From: an uncultured Planctomycetales bacterium
GTDB taxonomy: Bacteria > Omnitrophota > Gorgyraeia > Zapsychrales > JAHFFX01
Length of the DNA stretch: 64,000 bases
NCBI GenBank assembly: GCA_964372915.1
Contig: CAYJRN010000002.1
Span: 65,409-129,408 of the forward strand
Reading direction: 5' to 3'
Position 1 is the stretch's first letter; every line of letters starts with the position of its first letter. A program made the translations under genes and the position numbers. Shown here piece by piece: positions 1-9,812 of this stretch. Below the pieces are notes generated by a model. The model did not search any database. It saw only the letters and a program-made list of their open reading frames with translations, and had not been told where the DNA came from.

Positions 1-180
1 TCTTTATTGGCATTTTGTCGATTTGGTCTGGATATTCTTGTTCCCGGTTCTGTATTTATTGTAGGTTTTAGTAGTCCTTTTGAGGTAATCCCTCGCGCTC
101 AAAGAATAAACCATAAGCGCTCGGGACGTTCGTCCCTTAAACCTCGAGAGACAACGAAAGGGACTCTCGGGAGAGAGCTG

Positions 181-498
181 ATGAGCGTTTCGCACAGTCA
201 GGATATTCGAAAAGAAGTCAACCGATACATGATGGTATTCGCCTCGCTGGCGTTTTTGACCGTTGTGACTGTTCTTATCAGTAGACTTCATTTTGGTCTC
301 GCCGGGAATATCACGATTGCCTTGATTATCGCGACTTTTAAGGCGACGCTGGTGGCCGGTTATTTCATGCATCTTATTTCCGAGAAGAAATTCATTTATA
401 CTATCTTGGTTGTGACGGGATTTTTTCTTCTGGCGCTCATTGCGTTATTATTGTCGGGGCATTATGATCCTTTGATGGGAACTAAACTTGTCTCTTAA
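181..498 (+). CDS. Cytochrome oxidase subunit IV family protein (CyoD/COX4_pro-like, 3 TM helices)
   Basis: Short hydrophobic protein matching the prokaryotic subunit IV pattern (K.Y..VF..L...T...H...IA..KA.LV..YFMHL..E). In-frame ATG at 181 within ORF 7..498. It sits immediately upstream of the coxB/ctaA/ctaB cluster. Confidence 0.5.
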   Translation: MSVSHSQDIRKEVNRYMMVFASLAFLTVVTVLISRLHFGLAGNITIALIIATFKATLVAGYFMHLISEKKFIYTILVVTGFFLLALIALLLSGHYDPLMGTKLVS

Positions 499-688
499 AA
501 ATTTCCATATCCTTTTTATCATCCTTTCGATTTTTTTGAGCGCGGGATTCAGCTTTTGGGCGTTTCATTACTCGAGAGATACAGGCAATCGCGGCTATGC
601 TTGGGCCGGGGCTGGCGCCTTACTGGTGGCAATTGCGCTTTTGGTTTATGGTTATAATTTTCTTAAGAAAATGAAGAATGTAAAATGA
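488..688 (+). CDS. Hypothetical small membrane protein (66 aa)
   Basis: ORF with two predicted TM segments. Start would be TTG and it overlaps the upstream gene. Weak support. Confidence 0.25.
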   Translation: MSLKNFHILFIILSIFLSAGFSFWAFHYSRDTGNRGYAWAGAGALLVAIALLVYGYNFLKKMKNVK

Positions 689-693
689 AAAAA

Positions 694-849
694 TGTCATT
701 GCGAGCGACTAAAGGGGAGCGTACTGACTTTTCTTCTATCAGATCTAGATGAAGTCAGTACGTACCGACTCCCTCTAAAATTTTTAAAGGAAAGTCGGCA
801 CGAAGCATCCTTTAAAAGATTGCTTCCCCGCCTCCGGCGGGTCGCAATG
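694..849. repeat. Palindromic repeat family A, copy 1 (tgtcattgcgagcga ... gggtcgcaatgaca), long variant
   Basis: Terminal inverted repeats tgtcattgcgagcga and tcgcaatgaca flank about 130 bp. The same termini plus the internal motif aaaggattgcttc recur at 16483-16561. The first 53 codons of ORF 685..1053 are simply a translation of this element. Confidence 0.7.
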
Positions 850-1053
850 ACACTTGTCATGCTCGTAATAGCAGGGGCACTTCAAAGTGCCCAGGCCTGT
901 AGCGTGTGTTTTGGCGTCCCTAAGACTCCCCAGACGACAGCTCTTAAGTTTAGTGTTCTTACTCTTTTGATTATTCTTTTAGGGGTTTTGGTTGGTTTTG
1001 CATGGTTTTTTATCGGTCTTATGAAACGCTCCAGAGAAGGAGATTTAAGGTGA
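844..1053 (+). CDS. Hypothetical small Cys-containing membrane protein (CSVCFG motif)
   Basis: Internal ATG at 844, which lies inside the right arm of the family A repeat. One TM helix. Stop overlaps the coxB GTG start. The real start and whether the gene is real are both uncertain. Confidence 0.3.
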   Translation, partial: AMTLVMLVIAGALQSAQACSVCFGVPKTPQTTALKFSVLTLLIILLGVLVGFAWFFIGLMKRSREGDLR

Positions 1054-1823
1054 TTCAAAAAATCCTAGGGCTTCCACCGCTGGCTTCCGCTCACGGCGGG
1101 GAAATTGATTTCATGATTTTCCTGCTGCACGTCTTGGTGCTCATCCTTTTTATCGGGTGGGGCATATTCTTTGTGATTGTCCTTTTGAAATTCAACAGGT
1201 TCAAAAATCCCAAAGCGAATTATCATGGAGTCACCAACCATTATTCCACGTATATCGAAGTGGGTGTAGCGATTGCCGAGATTGTTCTGTTGGTGGCTTT
1301 TTCAGTTCCTTTTTGGGCTAAAAACGTAAGTGCTTTACCAACCGCCAAAGATCCAGTCGTTGTCCGCGTGGTTGCGGAACAATTCGTTTGGAATATCCAT
1401 TATCCCGGGAAAGACGGCGTCTTCGGTCGGAGTGATATGAAATTCTTCGATAAACAGTCGAACCCTTTGGGTCTCGACCCCAGTGACGCGGCAGGAAAAG
1501 ACGACATCATTACCATCAACCAATTATATTTACCCATGAATCGGCAAGCCGTTATTCACCTTTCCTCAAAAGACGTCATTCATTCTTTTTCTTTGAATGT
1601 TATGCGCGTCAAGCAAGACGTGATCCCGGGGATGAGCATTCCGGCGTGGTTCACGCCTATCAAAACCGGGAACTTCGAGATCAGCTGCGCTCAATTATGC
1701 GGACTCGGCCATTACCGTATGAGGGGATATCTCACCATCCAAACCCAAAGAGAGTTTGATCAATGGCTGGATACCCAATCGGCCGCCCAATCCCAATCTT
1801 CTGGTGACGATTTTTGGAACTAG
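1050..1823 (+). CDS. coxB: Cytochrome c oxidase subunit II (CuA-binding)
   Basis: CuA ligand motif H....CAQLCGLGHYRM. Two N-terminal TM helices. GTG start at 1050 is preceded by GAAGGAG at -7. A longer ATG start at 1002 is also possible. Confidence 0.8.
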   Translation: MIQKILGLPPLASAHGGEIDFMIFLLHVLVLILFIGWGIFFVIVLLKFNRFKNPKANYHGVTNHYSTYIEVGVAIAEIVLLVAFSVPFWAKNVSALPTAKDPVVVRVVAEQFVWNIHYPGKDGVFGRSDMKFFDKQSNPLGLDPSDAAGKDDIITINQLYLPMNRQAVIHLSSKDVIHSFSLNVMRVKQDVIPGMSIPAWFTPIKTGNFEISCAQLCGLGHYRMRGYLTIQTQREFDQWLDTQSAAQSQSSGDDFWN

Positions 1824-1847
1824 AGCGTCCTTCAAAGACTTCCGAAT

Positions 1848-2849
1848 ATGGCTTTCTTTAAGTTGAGCTCAAATCACAATAGGATTTGGTTGAGAAGGTT
1901 TTCCAAACTCACCTGCTTCTCAACGCTTTTTCTTGTATTTGTAGGAGGCATGGTGACCAGTACGGGTTCTGGATTGGCCGTCCCTGATTGGCCGCTTTCC
2001 TACGGAATGCTTTTTCCTCCCATGGTCGGTGGTGTCTTTTATGAGCATGGCCATCGGCTGGTGGCTTTGGTCGTGGGATTTTTTATGTTGATTTTAGCCG
2101 TTTGGTTGGGGATAGCCGAGAGACGCCGCTGGGTAAAAAATTTAGGGTTTCTGGCCCTGGGCGCGGTTATCTTACAAGGAATCCTCGGCGGCATCACGGT
2201 TAAGTTCTTTTTACCCACAGCCGTTTCAGTTGCCCATGGGGTCTTGGCTCAAACATTTTTTATTTTGACGATTATTATTGCTTATAGCCAGTCGATGGAA
2301 CGCTCAAAACGCATTGGACACGCTGAGCTCGAAAATAACCTGGCGATAAAATTGAGTTTACTGCTGGTTTGCTTCATCTATGTACAACTTATCATTGGCG
2401 CTGTCATGAGACACACTCATTCAGGCCTGGCGATTCCTGATTTTCCAAGGATGGGAGGAAGTTTCTTCCCCCAATTCGATACCTCCATGCTTAAGAGAAT
2501 CAACCTCTGGCGGTTTGACAATAATTTGGATCCCGTGACCTTGGGGCAGGTCCTCATCCATTTTTTGCATCGATTATGGGCCGTGGCCATCTTAGGGTTA
2601 ACTGGATTTCTGGCGTTTTATATTGTGCAATCGGATTCTCCCATGAAAAATTTGAAGAGTACGGTTTTCTGGATGGGTCATTTGATCTGGGTGCAGGTGA
2701 TCTTAGGCATTCTTAGCGTCATGACGCAAAAAGCGCCCGTTATTACGAGTTCGCATGTGGCCATGGGGGCAGCCTTGTTGGGATTGAGCGTAGTGCTATC
2801 TTTACGTTTATCGCCGCTTTCCATAAAACGTTTCATAGAAACCATTTGA
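1848..2849 (+). CDS. ctaA: Heme A synthase (COX15/CtaA family)
   Basis: Signature GSGLAVPDWPL plus conserved His-containing TM helices. Polytopic membrane protein adjacent to ctaB. Confidence 0.8.
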   Translation: MAFFKLSSNHNRIWLRRFSKLTCFSTLFLVFVGGMVTSTGSGLAVPDWPLSYGMLFPPMVGGVFYEHGHRLVALVVGFFMLILAVWLGIAERRRWVKNLGFLALGAVILQGILGGITVKFFLPTAVSVAHGVLAQTFFILTIIIAYSQSMERSKRIGHAELENNLAIKLSLLLVCFIYVQLIIGAVMRHTHSGLAIPDFPRMGGSFFPQFDTSMLKRINLWRFDNNLDPVTLGQVLIHFLHRLWAVAILGLTGFLAFYIVQSDSPMKNLKSTVFWMGHLIWVQVILGILSVMTQKAPVITSSHVAMGAALLGLSVVLSLRLSPLSIKRFIETI

Positions 2850-2850
2850 A

Positions 2851-3720
2851 ATGAAGAAAAGTAACTCAGTACTATCCGCTTATATCGAATTGTCAAAACC
2901 CAGTATCTTGAACCTTATCCTGGTGACCACCGCCCTGGGATTCTTTTTAGGGGGGGAAGGCATTTCATCGTGGCCGCTTTTTTTAAATACGCTTTTGGGC
3001 GCGGCCTGTGTTTGCGCCGGAGCCTCGGCTTTGAATCATTATCTCGAGAGAGATTCTGATTGTAAAATGGTGAGGACAAGAAATAGACCCATTCCCGCGG
3101 GAATCATTTCTCCCCCGAATGCGATGAGTTACGGAATGATTATGATCCTAATCGGAGTTTTGATCTTAGTCGTCCAGGTTAATCTTTTAACCGCTTTTTT
3201 AAGTCTTCTGACGGCCTTTCTCTATGTGCTGGTCTATACCCCCATGAAAAAATTGAGCTGGCTGAATACCTCGATCGGGGCCATTCCCGGCGCCATTCCG
3301 CCGATGGGGGGATGGGCGGCCGCCACCGGCGAGCTTAACGCCGGCGCTTGGATCCTTTTTCTTATTTTATTTATTTGGCAGCATCCACATTTTTACGCCA
3401 TTGCCTGGATGTTCAAGGAGGATTACAAATCGGGGGGATTCAAAATGCTTCCCGTCGTCAAACCCGATGGCAAAGCGACCTTCGCCCAGATCAACGCATT
3501 CTCCTTACTCTTGATTCCGGTTTCTATGTTACCAACTGTCATTGGGATGTCTGGATGGTTTTATTTTTTTGGGGCATTGCTTCTAGGAATGATTCTGTGG
3601 TTGACCGGCAAATCCTTGCAGAAAAGCCGTTCTATCCTGGATGCCAGGAAACTCCTGCGCGCAACGGTTGTGTACTTACCCCTATTACTTCTTTTGATCG
3701 TCATCGACATGTCCTTTTAG
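2851..3720 (+). CDS. ctaB: Protoheme IX farnesyltransferase (heme O synthase)
   Basis: UbiA-superfamily prenyltransferase motifs (NHYLERDSD..M.RT..RPIP.G). Nine TM helices. Operon context. Confidence 0.85.
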   Translation: MKKSNSVLSAYIELSKPSILNLILVTTALGFFLGGEGISSWPLFLNTLLGAACVCAGASALNHYLERDSDCKMVRTRNRPIPAGIISPPNAMSYGMIMILIGVLILVVQVNLLTAFLSLLTAFLYVLVYTPMKKLSWLNTSIGAIPGAIPPMGGWAAATGELNAGAWILFLILFIWQHPHFYAIAWMFKEDYKSGGFKMLPVVKPDGKATFAQINAFSLLLIPVSMLPTVIGMSGWFYFFGALLLGMILWLTGKSLQKSRSILDARKLLRATVVYLPLLLLLIVIDMSF

Positions 3721-3740
3721 CCCCCCTCCTCTAAATCTTT

Positions 3741-4334
3741 ATGCCTAAAAAAAATCTTATTATAGGAATTGTGTTAACAGCCTGTATCTTTTCTTTGGGA
3801 TTCTTTTTTTATTTTTTAAAAGAAGAGGCCAAGGTCAGGCCGTTACCATTCCTGGGACAGGTTGAGGCGTTTGGGCTGACCGACAGTAACGCTCGAGCTT
3901 TCACTCAAGTTCCATTAGAAGGAAAAGTGTGGGTCGCGAATTTCATTTTTACCACCTGCTCAGGAATTTGCCCTTTGATGACCAAGAACATGGCCCAATT
4001 GTATCGGTCTTATCTTTTGATTGATGGGGTGGACTTCGTTTCCTTTTCCGTCAATCCCGAGAACGATACGCCCCAAGCCCTTTCGCAATACGCCAAAGAA
4101 AAGAAAGCCGATACTCGCCGCTGGCACTTTTTAACCGGAACAAGGGAAGCCATTCAGGCTGTTGCCGTCAAGAGTTTCAAACTGGGGACAATCGAGGAAC
4201 CGATTTTCCACAGCGGCAAATTTGCGCTCGTGGATAGGCACTTGCGGATTCGCGGGTATTATGAAGGGACGAGCGCTGAGGAACTTCCGAAATTATTCAA
4301 GGATGTTGCAGCTCTCTTAAGAGAAAGGGAATAA
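3741..4334 (+). CDS. SCO1/SenC copper chaperone (thioredoxin fold)
   Basis: N-terminal TM anchor and CxxxCP motif (FTTCSGICPLMT). Downstream of ctaB, as is typical for oxidase assembly genes. Confidence 0.8.
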   Translation: MPKKNLIIGIVLTACIFSLGFFFYFLKEEAKVRPLPFLGQVEAFGLTDSNARAFTQVPLEGKVWVANFIFTTCSGICPLMTKNMAQLYRSYLLIDGVDFVSFSVNPENDTPQALSQYAKEKKADTRRWHFLTGTREAIQAVAVKSFKLGTIEEPIFHSGKFALVDRHLRIRGYYEGTSAEELPKLFKDVAALLRERE

Positions 4335-4338
4335 TGCG

Positions 4339-4755
4339 ATGGACGTTACAGTATTGCCGGCTGTGAATGCCGCCTTGAACGGCATTGCCGGCATTTTTCT
4401 TTTCTTAGGTTGGAGGGCCATCAAATCCGGGAATAGGAGGCTCCATCAGACCATGATGATGTGCGCGCTTTGCGCCTCGGCGCTTTTTCTGGTTTCCTAC
4501 GTCACTTATCACGTCTTGATTCACGGAGTGACGCATTATCAAAAGCAGGGAGTTTTACGAGCCATTTATTTTTTTATCCTTGGAACGCACACGCCTCTGG
4601 CCATGATCATTGTGCCCTTTAGCTTGATGGCGCTTCGGTTTGCTTTACAGGGAAAGTTCGACAAGCACGTGAAGATCACGCGCTGGTTATGGCCCGCGTG
4701 GATGTACGTGTCTTTGACGGGGGTTTTGATTTATTTGATGCTGTATGTATTTTAA
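4339..4755 (+). CDS. DUF420 family membrane protein (oxidase-cluster associated)
   Basis: Four TM helices with conserved His/Tyr pattern (HQTMM...YVTYHVL). RBS GAGAAAGGGA precedes the ATG. Confidence 0.6.
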   Translation: MDVTVLPAVNAALNGIAGIFLFLGWRAIKSGNRRLHQTMMMCALCASALFLVSYVTYHVLIHGVTHYQKQGVLRAIYFFILGTHTPLAMIIVPFSLMALRFALQGKFDKHVKITRWLWPAWMYVSLTGVLIYLMLYVF

Positions 4756-5096
4756 GTGGTTTCTTTAAGAGAAGCTTGTTCAGGCATTCTGAAAATTACC
4801 CGCCTAAAGGCTTTCGCCAATTGTTTCTGCCTTTTCCAAAAGAAGGAAAACTGCCCTAGAAGTGTCCCAAAGAAAAGCGTGGAAAGTTGATACAAGGGGA
4901 TAAAAACGCAGATGGAAACAACGATTTGAAGCCATAAGGGGGCGTGCCCCAAGCCCGTCAAAGCGAAAAGTAACCGACGAGAAAAGGCCGCGCCCATGCC
5001 GGCCATGGAATAGACCGTAAAAATAAGCGCCACATCCCAGTCGGAAGGGATGTCATATTTTATTTTGATCTTATTAACAAAGTTTCTTAGGGACAT
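4752..5096 (-). CDS. Hypothetical membrane protein (114 aa)
   Basis: ORF with 3 predicted TM helices. No family recognised. Confidence 0.4.
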   Translation of the reverse strand: MSLRNFVNKIKIKYDIPSDWDVALIFTVYSMAGMGAAFSRRLLFALTGLGHAPLWLQIVVSICVFIPLYQLSTLFFGTLLGQFSFFWKRQKQLAKAFRRVIFRMPEQASLKETT

Positions 5097-5124
5097 ATTG
5101 AACCTTTCCTGTAAATAACATTCC

Positions 5125-5246
5125 TAAAATACAAAGAATAAAAAGTATATTCCAAGAGCCAAAACGGCAACCGTCGTCAAGGCCAAGACGTAAATCATCT
5201 TCATAAAACCATCCGCACCGGTATCAAATTTAAGAATCGTCTTCAT
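5125..5246 (-). CDS. Possible tiny membrane protein (40 aa)
   Basis: Manual translation of the minus strand gives MKTILKFDTGADGFMKMIYVLALTTVAVLALGIYFLFFVF. It is below the ORF-track length cutoff and speculative. Confidence 0.15.
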
Positions 5247-5253
5247 GGGCTCT

Positions 5254-5415
5254 CTAATTTTTAAGCAAAATTTTTTGGATCATCCAACCGAAGAAAAAAA
5301 CAATGATCCCCGTCATTAAAACTTTTCGGCTCATTAAGCCGGGAAGCGAACTGACATATCCCAAGAGGATGATTGTGAGTCCCGTAGCTTGGGCGATTTT
5401 AGCCAAATAATACAT
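5254..5415 (-). CDS. Possible small membrane protein (53 aa)
   Basis: Manual translation of the minus strand gives MYYLAKIAQATGLTIILLGYVSSLPGLMSRKVLMTGIIVFFFGWMIQKILLKN. Below the ORF-track cutoff and speculative. Confidence 0.2.
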   Translation of the reverse strand: MYYLAKIAQATGLTIILLGYVSSLPGLMSRKVLMTGIIVFFFGWMIQKILLKN

Positions 5416-5420
5416 ATTTT

Positions 5421-5900
5421 TCAACAAGAATTTATTTTAGACATTTTAAGCACGGCCTCTGTGGTCGCCTTGAAAGATTCATGCTGGATCTTGATTGTGT
5501 ACAGGAAGTGAAGGAGGCACACCCAGTAGAAAAGGCCGTGAATCCAGCCCTTCAGATGTCCGGTATCAACCGCGCCACCGCTAATGAACAAAATGCTCAC
5601 CAGGGACATATTGAGAAGAAGCGGCGGGTAAAGCTTCATTTTGATAGCGAAGGACTGGCGGGTAAATTCATTCCCTAGTTTTCTTTCTTGAGAGTATTCC
5701 TTGATGCTCATTCCGATCCCCACAAAGAAAAACATGACGAGCGTTTCCGTAAAAAGATAAATGATCGTTGCCAGAAGTGCGAATGTTGCGTGGTTGGCAT
5801 TGAGGATTTTGAAAGGAAAATATCCTTGCGCTCCACTCAGAATGAGCATCCCAAACGAGAGGGCGGTGAGAAGATAACAGGAATTCATGAAAAACCACAT
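5421..5900 (-). CDS. Hypothetical polytopic membrane protein
   Basis: ORF 5421..5948 with 4-5 TM helices. Start is probably the internal ATG (MWFFMNS...) at 5900. Confidence 0.45.
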   Translation of the reverse strand: MWFFMNSCYLLTALSFGMLILSGAQGYFPFKILNANHATFALLATIIYLFTETLVMFFFVGIGMSIKEYSQERKLGNEFTRQSFAIKMKLYPPLLLNMSLVSILFISGGAVDTGHLKGWIHGLFYWVCLLHFLYTIKIQHESFKATTEAVLKMSKINSC

Positions 5901-5945
5901 CGTTGTTTTCCTTATTGACCTTTTTTTAAATACACATGAGGTAGT

Positions 5946-6003
5946 CAATATCTCGACGATTGTTATCTTGGGAAAACATTTTTTAGAGGAACAATCGTCA
6001 ATA
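5946..6003. repeat. Palindromic repeat family B, copy a (atatctcgacgattgttatcttgg ... agaggaacaatcgtcaata)
   Basis: Hairpin with about 14-bp arms, cgacgattgtt.tc and gaggaacaatcgtc. It is nearly identical to the copies at 34216-34264, 38170-38227 and 47522-47579. Confidence 0.75.
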
Positions 6004-6019
6004 GCTCAAGAAAGAGACG

Positions 6020-6376
6020 TCAAGATTTTGAGGATGCATGAAACGTTTCGGTGATCTGGATATTGAATAACTTCTCGACTTTTTCGGTAGGTTCCATACG
6101 AATGGCATCCCAGGTGAGCTTAGTGCAGACGCGAGCGCAAATCTGGCAGCCGATGCATTCGTTGTAGCGGATTTGAACCGGAGGGATGGGAATGTTAAAT
6201 TTTTCTTTAGGGGCAACTTCAATGCAATCCACCGGGCAAAAAGGTACGCAGGCTTGACAGCCCGTGCAGTTGTCGACATCAACGACCGCGAGCAGCTTAG
6301 GCTTTTTTTTCTTGGAAGTGATTTTATCAGGAAGTTCTGGGATAGTTTTGTAGAAACTACTCGATGGAGTCGCCAT
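6020..6376 (-). CDS. Ferredoxin, 2 x [4Fe-4S] (two CxxCxxCxxxCP motifs)
   Basis: CTGCQACVPFCP and CIGCQICARVC motifs. Confidence 0.75.
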   Translation of the reverse strand: MATPSSSFYKTIPELPDKITSKKKKPKLLAVVDVDNCTGCQACVPFCPVDCIEVAPKEKFNIPIPPVQIRYNECIGCQICARVCTKLTWDAIRMEPTEKVEKLFNIQITETFHASSKS

Positions 6377-6411
6377 AAAATTCTTTCAAAAACATCCTTT
6401 AAAAGAATTGA

Positions 6412-6696
6412 TTAAGTCTTGGGAGGCGCTAAAGGTGTTTTCTTTTCCGTAATGACCGGTAAGTTGGGAGATTTGGTTTTGTTGAGCTCAATGTAACTTT
6501 TCCATTTCTCCGGGACATCACTTTCAGCGTAAATGGCCTGGACGGGACATTCGGGAATGCAGGCACCACAATCAATGCAGACATCCGGGTCGATCACGAC
6601 CATTTCTGCATCTTCATGAAAGCAATCAACGGGGCAAACCGTAACGCAATCCGTATAACGGCATTTTATGCAAGGTTCGGCAACGATGTGAGCCAT
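6412..6696 (-). CDS. fdxA: 7Fe ferredoxin (FdxA type, [3Fe-4S][4Fe-4S])
   Basis: N-terminus [25 protein letters not shown]...[12 protein letters not shown] matches Azotobacter-type ferredoxin I. Confidence 0.8.
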   Translation of the reverse strand: MAHIVAEPCIKCRYTDCVTVCPVDCFHEDAEMVVIDPDVCIDCGACIPECPVQAIYAESDVPEKWKSYIELNKTKSPNLPVITEKKTPLAPPKT

Positions 6697-6851
6697 TTCA
6701 AATTCCTCCGGGTGATGTTTTATGTAGTAATCTCAAAAACCGGTTTCACTATATCAAAGTCAAAAATATTTGTCAACATCCCATTTTGGTATTTTGTGAG
6801 AGAAAAAGTAATTTTCAACCCCTTTGGACTTGACATGAATCAAATCAGATA

Positions 6852-6880
6852 TTGACGGTAGAACACGGATTCTTTATAAT
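6852..6880 (+). promoter_or_regulatory. Sigma70-like promoter for acnA (TTGACG - 17 nt - TATAAT)
   Basis: Near-consensus -35 and -10 hexamers with a 17-nt spacer, about 58 nt upstream of the acnA ATG. Confidence 0.5.
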
Positions 6881-6937
6881 GAAAATCTCGTCCGGATCGA
6901 CATTTTTCCATCAGTTGGATTTCGTAAGAGCGCTAGA

Positions 6938-9646
6938 ATGAATTCAATTTTCAGTAATGAAGAAACTTGTAAGACCCTCAAAACGCAACAGGGGAGTTTT
7001 ACTTATTTTAAGATTTCAGAACTCAACAGGCTGGGAATTAAAGTTAATGAAAGGCTCCCCTTTTCGATCAAGGTCCTCCTGGAAAGCGCCTTGCGCAATT
7101 ACGACAATGATCAGGTGACCCTGACGGACATAGAAAGACTGGCTTCCTGGTCGCCTAAAACAACCCAACCTGCCGAAATCGCCTTCAAGCCTGGGCGTGT
7201 CATCCTGCAGGATTTTACCGGAGTTCCCTGCGTCGTCGACTTGGCTGCCATGCGTTCGGCGATGAAGAAAATGGGCGGGGATTATCACAAGATTAATCCG
7301 TTGGTGCCTTGTGATCTGGTCATTGACCATTCCGTGCAGGTGGACGCGTTCGGCTCCAGAGGAGCCGCGAAAATCAATGTGACCAAGGAATTCGAACGCA
7401 ACATCGAGCGTTATGAATTTCTCAAGTGGGGTCAACAGGCCTTCCGGAATTTCCGCGTCGTACCGCCGGCCACGGGCATTGTTCATCAAGTGAATTTGGA
7501 ATATTTGGCTAAAGGCGTTCTGCGAAAAAAATCCGCTAAAGAGATCGTCGTCTATCCGGACAGCTTGGTTGGCACCGACAGTCATACCACCATGATTAAT
7601 GGTCTGGGCATTGTGGGCTGGGGGGTCGGAGGCATTGAGGCCGAAGCCGTCATGCTGGGCGAACCCATTTATCTGTTGGTGCCGGAAGTCATCGGATTCC
7701 AATTGACCGGAAAATTGCCAGAGGGGATTACCGCGACCGACTTGGTTTTGACCGTGACCCAAATTTTGCGTAAAAAGGGCGTCGTCGATAAATTTGTTGA
7801 ATTCTTTGGCAGCGGGCTTGAACATTTGAGTTTACCGGATCGCGCCACGATTTCCAATATGTCACCGGAATACGGGGCCACCATGGGATTCTTCCCGGTG
7901 GATGAAGAAACCCTTAATTATTACAAACTCACGGGCCGAACTTCTCAAGAAGTCAATTTGATCGAGCGTTATATGAAGGCTCAAGGGATGTTTTATGACC
8001 CCAACAACGAGCCGGAATTTACGGATGTTCTGACGCTGGATCTTTCGGCCGTCACCCCCAGCCTCGCGGGCCCCAAGCGACCGCAGGATCGGGTCGCGAT
8101 GAGCGACATGAAATCCACCTTTGAAAAAGCTTTGGAAGCCCCTCTTGAAGAGCGCGGGTTTGGGTTAGAGAGAGCGGCCTTAAGGAATTCCGCGACCATC
8201 ACGAATGGTTCACCCGAAAAGATTTCCCACGGGTCCGTCGTGATCGCTGCCATTACCAGTTGCACGAATACTTCCAATCCATCGGTTTTAATCGGCGCCG
8301 GGTTGTTGGCCAGAAACGCCGTCCAAAAAGGTTTAAGGGTCAAAAGTTTTGTGAAAACAAGTTTCGCCCCGGGCTCCAAGGTTGTTGAAGAATATTTGAA
8401 AAAGGCCGGACTGCTTCCCTTTCTTGAGAAGCTGGGATTTTATATTGTCGGGTATGGCTGCACAACCTGCATCGGTAACAGCGGGCCGTTGCCGGAAAAA
8501 GTCGCGCAAGCCATCGAGAGTTCGAATTTGGTGGTGGCAAGCGTTCTGAGCGGCAACCGGAATTTCGAAGGACGCATCAATCCTTTGACGCGAGCCAGTT
8601 ATTTGGCCAGTCCACCCTTGGTTGTTGCTTATGCCTTGGCCGGCTCCGTGCATATTGATTTGACAAAGGAACCACTCGGCAAAGGCAAAAACGGCCAGGA
8701 TGTCTATTTGAAAGATATTTGGCCTTCGCAGAAAGAAATCAGCCGCCTCATCCTCAAAGTGGTCAAGGCCTCGCAATTCCGGGATCGCTACAAAGATGTT
8801 CTCAAAGGCAATAGCAACTGGAATAAAATCAAAACCGTGAAGTCCGATTTGTATGATTGGAAACCGCAAAGCACCTATATCCAGGAGCCGCCGTATTTTG
8901 AACAGATCAATGATCGGCCGGGGATTATCAAAGACTTAAAAGGAGCCAAAGTCCTGATGATGGTCACAGATTCCATCACGACCGATCACATCTCTCCGGC
9001 CGGCGACATCGCTTGGAATTCTCCCGCCGGACTTTACCTCAAAAGTCTGGGGGTAGATCCCGCGGATTTTAATAGTTATGGGGCTCGTCGGGGAAATGAC
9101 CGGGTGATGACCCGTGGGACGTTTGCCAATATTCGTTTGCGCAATTTTCTAGCGCCGGGCACGGAAGGCCCCTGGACAATGTATTTCCCGGAAAACAAAA
9201 TAATGACGGTGTATGATGCCGCGCAATTGTATAAAAAGAACCAGACGCCTTTGATTGTTCTGGCCGGGAAAGAATATGGGGCAGGTTCCAGCCGCGACTG
9301 GGCCGCGAAAGGGACGGCCCTCTTGGGCGTGAAGGCCGTTTTAGCCCAGAGTTACGAGCGCATTCATCGTAGCAATTTGGTGGGGATGGGCGTTTTGCCC
9401 CTCGTTTACACGTCGGGGCAAAACGCCCAGAGTTTAGGTTTGAAAGGCGACGAGACTTTTGATTTTCTGGGTCTCAGCTCTTCGATGAAACCCCGACAGG
9501 AGATCAAGGTTGTTGCAACGACCAATGACGGTTCCAAGAAAGAATTTAGCGCCACAATGCGCTTGGATACTCCCGTGGAGATCGATTATTACCGTAACGG
9601 CGGCATTCTGCCGACGGTCTTGCGTAAACTTGCCAAAAGCAAGTAG
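6938..9646 (+). CDS. acnA: Aconitate hydratase A
   Basis: 902 aa with aconitase family motifs ([17 protein letters not shown]) and Fe-S Cys ligands. Confidence 0.9.
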   Translation: MNSIFSNEETCKTLKTQQGSFTYFKISELNRLGIKVNERLPFSIKVLLESALRNYDNDQVTLTDIERLASWSPKTTQPAEIAFKPGRVILQDFTGVPCVVDLAAMRSAMKKMGGDYHKINPLVPCDLVIDHSVQVDAFGSRGAAKINVTKEFERNIERYEFLKWGQQAFRNFRVVPPATGIVHQVNLEYLAKGVLRKKSAKEIVVYPDSLVGTDSHTTMINGLGIVGWGVGGIEAEAVMLGEPIYLLVPEVIGFQLTGKLPEGITATDLVLTVTQILRKKGVVDKFVEFFGSGLEHLSLPDRATISNMSPEYGATMGFFPVDEETLNYYKLTGRTSQEVNLIERYMKAQGMFYDPNNEPEFTDVLTLDLSAVTPSLAGPKRPQDRVAMSDMKSTFEKALEAPLEERGFGLERAALRNSATITNGSPEKISHGSVVIAAITSCTNTSNPSVLIGAGLLARNAVQKGLRVKSFVKTSFAPGSKVVEEYLKKAGLLPFLEKLGFYIVGYGCTTCIGNSGPLPEKVAQAIESSNLVVASVLSGNRNFEGRINPLTRASYLASPPLVVAYALAGSVHIDLTKEPLGKGKNGQDVYLKDIWPSQKEISRLILKVVKASQFRDRYKDVLKGNSNWNKIKTVKSDLYDWKPQSTYIQEPPYFEQINDRPGIIKDLKGAKVLMMVTDSITTDHISPAGDIAWNSPAGLYLKSLGVDPADFNSYGARRGNDRVMTRGTFANIRLRNFLAPGTEGPWTMYFPENKIMTVYDAAQLYKKNQTPLIVLAGKEYGAGSSRDWAAKGTALLGVKAVLAQSYERIHRSNLVGMGVLPLVYTSGQNAQSLGLKGDETFDFLGLSSSMKPRQEIKVVATTNDGSKKEFSATMRLDTPVEIDYYRNGGILPTVLRKLAKSK

Positions 9647-9678
9647 ACCTTCCTAAAAGCTGGAACCCGTGATATATT

Positions 9679-9812
9679 GAGCCATCGGGAAATTTTTAGA
9701 CTACCTTACCCGATGGCTCATCCTGAGAAGCGGAGCGACGAAGGATCCTTCGCCCTTCGGGCTTTAGGATGACCAGTCGGGTGGGGTAGTCTGAAAACGC
9801 CCGACTGGTCAT
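9679..9812. repeat. Complex nested palindromic element (family D) in the acnA-leuC intergenic region
   Basis: Two 29-nt segments, gactaccttacccgatggctcatcctgag and its imperfect inverse ctttaggatgaccagtcgggtggggtagtc, flank the palindromes gaaggatccttc and gcccttcgggc. Outer hairpins are gccatcggg/cccgatggc and atgaccagtcggg/cccgactggtcat. Confidence 0.6.

Noticed and set aside
3348-3734. 128-aa plus-strand ORF overlapping ctaB in another frame
   Set aside because: An alternative frame of a conserved membrane enzyme with no independent signal.
7016-7825. 269-aa minus-strand ORF inside acnA (also 8333..8869)
   Set aside because: Antisense to a highly conserved aconitase gene with no recognisable domains. 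A typical GC-rich antisense open frame.
9713-9775. 20-codon ORF (MAHPEKRSDEGSFALRALG) as a leu leader peptide
   Set aside because: It contains no run of Leu codons and lies within the palindromic element. It is unlikely to be a classic attenuation leader.
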